A DNA stretch of 10,469 nt from Paramicrosporidium saccamoebae KSL3 (taxonomy: Eukaryota; Fungi; Cryptomycota): assembly GCA_002794465.1 (NCBI GenBank), contig MTSL01000108.1, positions 1 to 10,469 on the forward strand, in the 5' to 3' direction. Position numbers and translations under genes: made by a program. The notes under the pieces are model-generated. The model had not been told where the DNA came from and searched no databases. It was given only the letters and a program-made list of their open reading frames with translations. Every line of letters starts with the position of its first letter. Position 1 is the first letter of the stretch. Of this stretch, positions 7,103 to 10,469 are shown one piece after another.

Positions 7103-9160
7103 ATGTTCATGTTAAAGACACTCAGTCGGTTCATCTTGGGAGATGACACACAAAAAGAGCTATTTAAGCTCCCAACTGGAGAGCTTTGGCAGACAGAGTT
7201 AAAGAAGAAAGTCTTGAATAGGACCAGAGTGTATCCAAATGCTTCAGTGACCCTGCAAAGGCTAGACCAGCCGTTCGAGTTTGCGCTCGTCGTAGAGGAG
7301 GCTGGTGAGGAGAACGGCAAGTCTACAGAATGTCCGATATTCGCCAATATGGATTTTGAGCGGCATTACGGAGACGATGGCGAGGCTATTTTTAGCTGGG
7401 CGGGGGAGGGTGTAAAGTATCGGTATGAGTTTGTGGCGGACCCGTCCACGACTCCCTCCACCATTGAAATGTTCCATGTAATTGTTGCACAGTGCCTCTA
7501 CTCCACCATGCAGAGGAGACCACACACTGAGGCCACCGACGACGAGCTGCAGCAGTTATTGGTTGTGTCAAGAAATGACCAGCCACTACTGACGAGCGGA
7601 GAGCTGTTCAAGTCCGAGTTGGCACTTTTCTATGTCTTTGATGCTTCAACCGGAGTTTTCTTGCCCAAAAGCGAACAATCTGTGAACGCCATCATCTCTA
7701 TCGACGATAAGGGCAAGGTCTTTTACTTGTCAGTTGTAACAGTTGACGGAACCGAGCTGCACAGACAAGTGGTCGACCCAGATGCTACCCTCCACACTGA
7801 TCGTCCCAATAATTCTTTCATCTGGTGCCACTTCAATGATGCGGGCTACACGTGGACATTTAGTCTCCGTTTCACTGATTCTGTGGGACTCATGGGCATG
7901 TCAAATGCAATGGGAATGACGATTTACGAGATTCTAAACAACTCCAAGGTATCAGAGGAGGATTCAAAGTATCTAATGAGCGCCTTTACTGCGGATGTGG
8001 AAATGGTAGACGCTAGCAGCGAGGAGAGCGGGTCTGACGTGTCAGATGTAGAGTCTGAAGCATCCGGTTTGGATGAGGAACGGTATGAAATGCAAAAGTC
8101 CGAATCTGCAAACCAGCAGCTTGTTGTTGGATTCAAGAATGACCGCTCGTTTGTGACTCGCGGGAACACGATTAGTGTGTTCAAGCACACGGCTGATGAT
8201 TCAATCCAGCTGGCTGCAAATATTGACAAGGTTCAGAACACCAAGGGTCGCAAGTTTAATCCTACCAAGATGATGCTTCACGAGGAAGACAAATCCATGG
8301 TGCTAATGGATGCTGCAGACCCGAGTCATCTGTTCAAAATGGATTTGGAATATGGAAAGGTGGTTGAGGATTGGAAGGTTCATCCCAATGAAACCACCAG
8401 TATCACTGCCATCATCCCCGACTCCAAGTACGCGCAAATGACCAGCAATCAGACACTGATTGGACTCAATCCAAACTCAATATTCCGAATCGATCCGCGT
8501 CTCCCAGGCACAAAGAGGGTGGATAATGAGATGAAGTCTTATGTGGTCAAGAATGACTTTACATGTGGAACGACCACGGGAAATGGTGAATTGGCCGTTG
8601 CTAGTGCCAAGGGGGAGATTCGATTGTTCGACAAGCTCGACAAACGAGCCAAAACGCTGCTCCCTGGATTTGGAGACGCAATCTTGGGAATCGATGTCAC
8701 TGAGAGCGGAAAGTACATTATTGCTACCTGCAAGACCTATCTGTTACTCATCTGCACCGAAATTCCCGGGACCGATTCGCTGGGCTTTAAAAAGTCGATG
8801 GGCGCCCAGAAGCCGATCCCGAAGCGCCTACAGCTCAAACCCGAGCACGTGGCATATATGGGCACTCCCATCTCCTTCACACCCGCCCGCTTCAGTACAG
8901 GACAGAGCGAGGAGCGCGCAATCATCACCAGCACTGGTCCTTACGTCATCACATGGAATCTTAGACGAGTGAAACAGGGCGCAATGTATGAATACCAAAT
9001 TAGAAAGTACCAAGAAGACGTAGTTGCCGATAACTTCCGCTACGGCCAAGATCGAAATATTGTAGTCACCCTGCCCAACCATGTAACGATGATCTCCAAG
9101 CAAAGCCTGGCAACACCCTCTGCAAGCCTGTTCAAAAGCGACATTGTTCAGAAGTATTAG
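7103..9160 (+). CDS. VID27: Vacuolar import and degradation protein 27 (VID27/CYPRO4 family), 685 aa
   Basis: N-terminus LSRFILGDDTQKELFKLPTGELW, acidic linker (EESGSDVSDVESE), and C-terminal WD-like propeller with NSIFRIDPRL, GELAVASAKGEIRLFDKLDKRAKTLLPGFGDAILGIDVT, KYIIATCKTYLLLI and VVADNFRYG. Confidence 0.93.
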   Translation: MFMLKTLSRFILGDDTQKELFKLPTGELWQTELKKKVLNRTRVYPNASVTLQRLDQPFEFALVVEEAGEENGKSTECPIFANMDFERHYGDDGEAIFSWAGEGVKYRYEFVADPSTTPSTIEMFHVIVAQCLYSTMQRRPHTEATDDELQQLLVVSRNDQPLLTSGELFKSELALFYVFDASTGVFLPKSEQSVNAIISIDDKGKVFYLSVVTVDGTELHRQVVDPDATLHTDRPNNSFIWCHFNDAGYTWTFSLRFTDSVGLMGMSNAMGMTIYEILNNSKVSEEDSKYLMSAFTADVEMVDASSEESGSDVSDVESEASGLDEERYEMQKSESANQQLVVGFKNDRSFVTRGNTISVFKHTADDSIQLAANIDKVQNTKGRKFNPTKMMLHEEDKSMVLMDAADPSHLFKMDLEYGKVVEDWKVHPNETTSITAIIPDSKYAQMTSNQTLIGLNPNSIFRIDPRLPGTKRVDNEMKSYVVKNDFTCGTTTGNGELAVASAKGEIRLFDKLDKRAKTLLPGFGDAILGIDVTESGKYIIATCKTYLLLICTEIPGTDSLGFKKSMGAQKPIPKRLQLKPEHVAYMGTPISFTPARFSTGQSEERAIITSTGPYVITWNLRRVKQGAMYEYQIRKYQEDVVADNFRYGQDRNIVVTLPNHVTMISKQSLATPSASLFKSDIVQKY

Positions 9161-9188
9161 CATTCAGGCATGCAACCGAACACTAATC

Positions 9189-9194
9189 AATAAA
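9189..9194 (+). terminator. Possible AATAAA polyadenylation signal of VID27
   Basis: AATAAA about 29 nt after the VID27 stop. Confidence 0.35.
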
Positions 9195-9846
9195 CTATGC
9201 CAATGTAGGTCACGATGGCGGATATTAGTGACTTTTCATTCCCTCCTCCAGTAGCATATCCGCCACCAAGTGTCTAATTATTACGAGATGCTATAGCTAG
9301 TTCTGATATAGAGGATTGACTAGCTGGGTATTTGAAGACATTTTCCTGGTTTCGAGGAGACATTGTGAGACAGGGTGGATTGATCGGCTGAATATTTGGG
9401 GGCTATTAAGTTATTTGTGAGACCACAAAAGGACCTGTCCGTTTATAACAAGAGTTCCCTTGCCTCCCAAATCAAGAGCAGTGACAAAGTCCGTAGTATT
9501 ATCCCCATTACGCGACATAAATAAAGAGTCTTATTGCTGGAGTATTTGCGCAACCTTTGACCAATTCGCCCTGAAATTTATCTAACACAAACATACATAT
9601 TTGTATTTACAAATCACCTCGCAAGTATTCCTTGAGAAGAGGTGGGAGTGGTGCGGAAATATCAAAAGCTACCGGGTACAGGAGCAAGTACGCGCAAAGA
9701 GCTTCGTAACTTGTACCAATCCCGAATCCAAAAGGAGTCTTTATCGGAGATCAGTTCTCTAGTCGAAGCATGGTGTTTGCAAGAACACACAGACTAGAGC
9801 ATTATTTTACTGATTGCCCATGACGTCACAAAGAATCATGTTGGTC

Positions 9847-10469
9847 TCACACTGACTCATTATATGCCAACTCGAACTGATGCAGCGACGATCGAAACAT
9901 GACTCGAAAAACTGTAACAACCTCCAGAACTCTGACGGGAATGGCATCACGGATGGGATTCAAAAGATGCATTTGCTTGGTGAAATTGAACGTTGTCTGG
10001 AGGTCTCTCTTGCGAACGTCGAGGATGTTAAGAATGCGTGTCCATTCTTTGGGACGGTCCAAGTAACTCTTCTGGAGCTCTTGGATTCTTTCTGAAACCT
10101 GCATCACTATTCCCCAACGTGTGAGACGTTCTTCAACAATCAGGAAACCCTCCGGCAACAGTTTGATTCGATAAAAGACGGCGCTGACTTCGTTGGATGT
10201 TTCTGGAGTATAGATTCTCCAGCGCGCACCAGGAATGCGCGTGGTGGGCGTATAACCGCATCCCACAACCCCACCGTCCAAAAAGTAATCTCGTATCTCT
10301 GGATAATCCTTTGGGTTCATGTCTGTGCGGACATTCCAGGAAATGGAAACGTCTTTTGCAGGAATCCTGACGCCAGATATACGAGCCAATTCCTCCGAGA
10401 AGATATTCGGAATGTCACCTTTTCTGAATGGCTTATCAGGTATCTTGCCGTACCGAACCGCAGAAGTAA
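9847..10469 (-). CDS. Hypothetical protein, 3' portion (at least 207 aa; frame open to the window edge)
   Basis: The track start at 10389 is TTG. The frame stays open upstream to 10469 (TSAVRYGKIPDKPFRKGDIPNIFSEELARISG...). Composition looks globular and coding-like; I recognise no family. Confidence 0.7.
   Translation of the reverse strand, partial: TSAVRYGKIPDKPFRKGDIPNIFSEELARISGVRIPAKDVSISWNVRTDMNPKDYPEIRDYFLDGGVVGCGYTPTTRIPGARWRIYTPETSNEVSAVFYRIKLLPEGFLIVEERLTRWGIVMQVSERIQELQKSYLDRPKEWTRILNILDVRKRDLQTTFNFTKQMHLLNPIRDAIPVRVLEVVTVFRVMFRSSLHQFELAYNESV

Noticed and set aside
581-9160. Functional gene cluster linking the MFS array, MVD1, TBCA and VID27
   Set aside because: There is no shared pathway and no biosynthetic core gene. 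Adjacency is expected in a compact genome.

Overview
Compact, intron-poor eukaryotic DNA, about 80% coding by my gene models and most like a reduced early-diverging fungus. Rozellomycota or a basal microsporidian relative is inferred from gene content and spacing only. Left to right: the probable 3' end of an unknown membrane protein; three tandem minus-strand MFS transporter paralogues of the MFS_1_like/MFSD6/NupG-like type; tubulin-binding cofactor A with a hidden 32-nt intron; a compact diphosphomevalonate decarboxylase (MVD1/ERG19); VID27; and the 3' part of an orphan gene running off the right edge. The main lead is the diverged transporter triplet, a candidate array for taking up host nucleosides or nucleotides. 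It has a 23-bp minisatellite upstream of copy 2 and a 13-aa acidic repeat expansion in the central loop of copy 3. No rRNA, tRNA, CRISPR array or transposon is supported.
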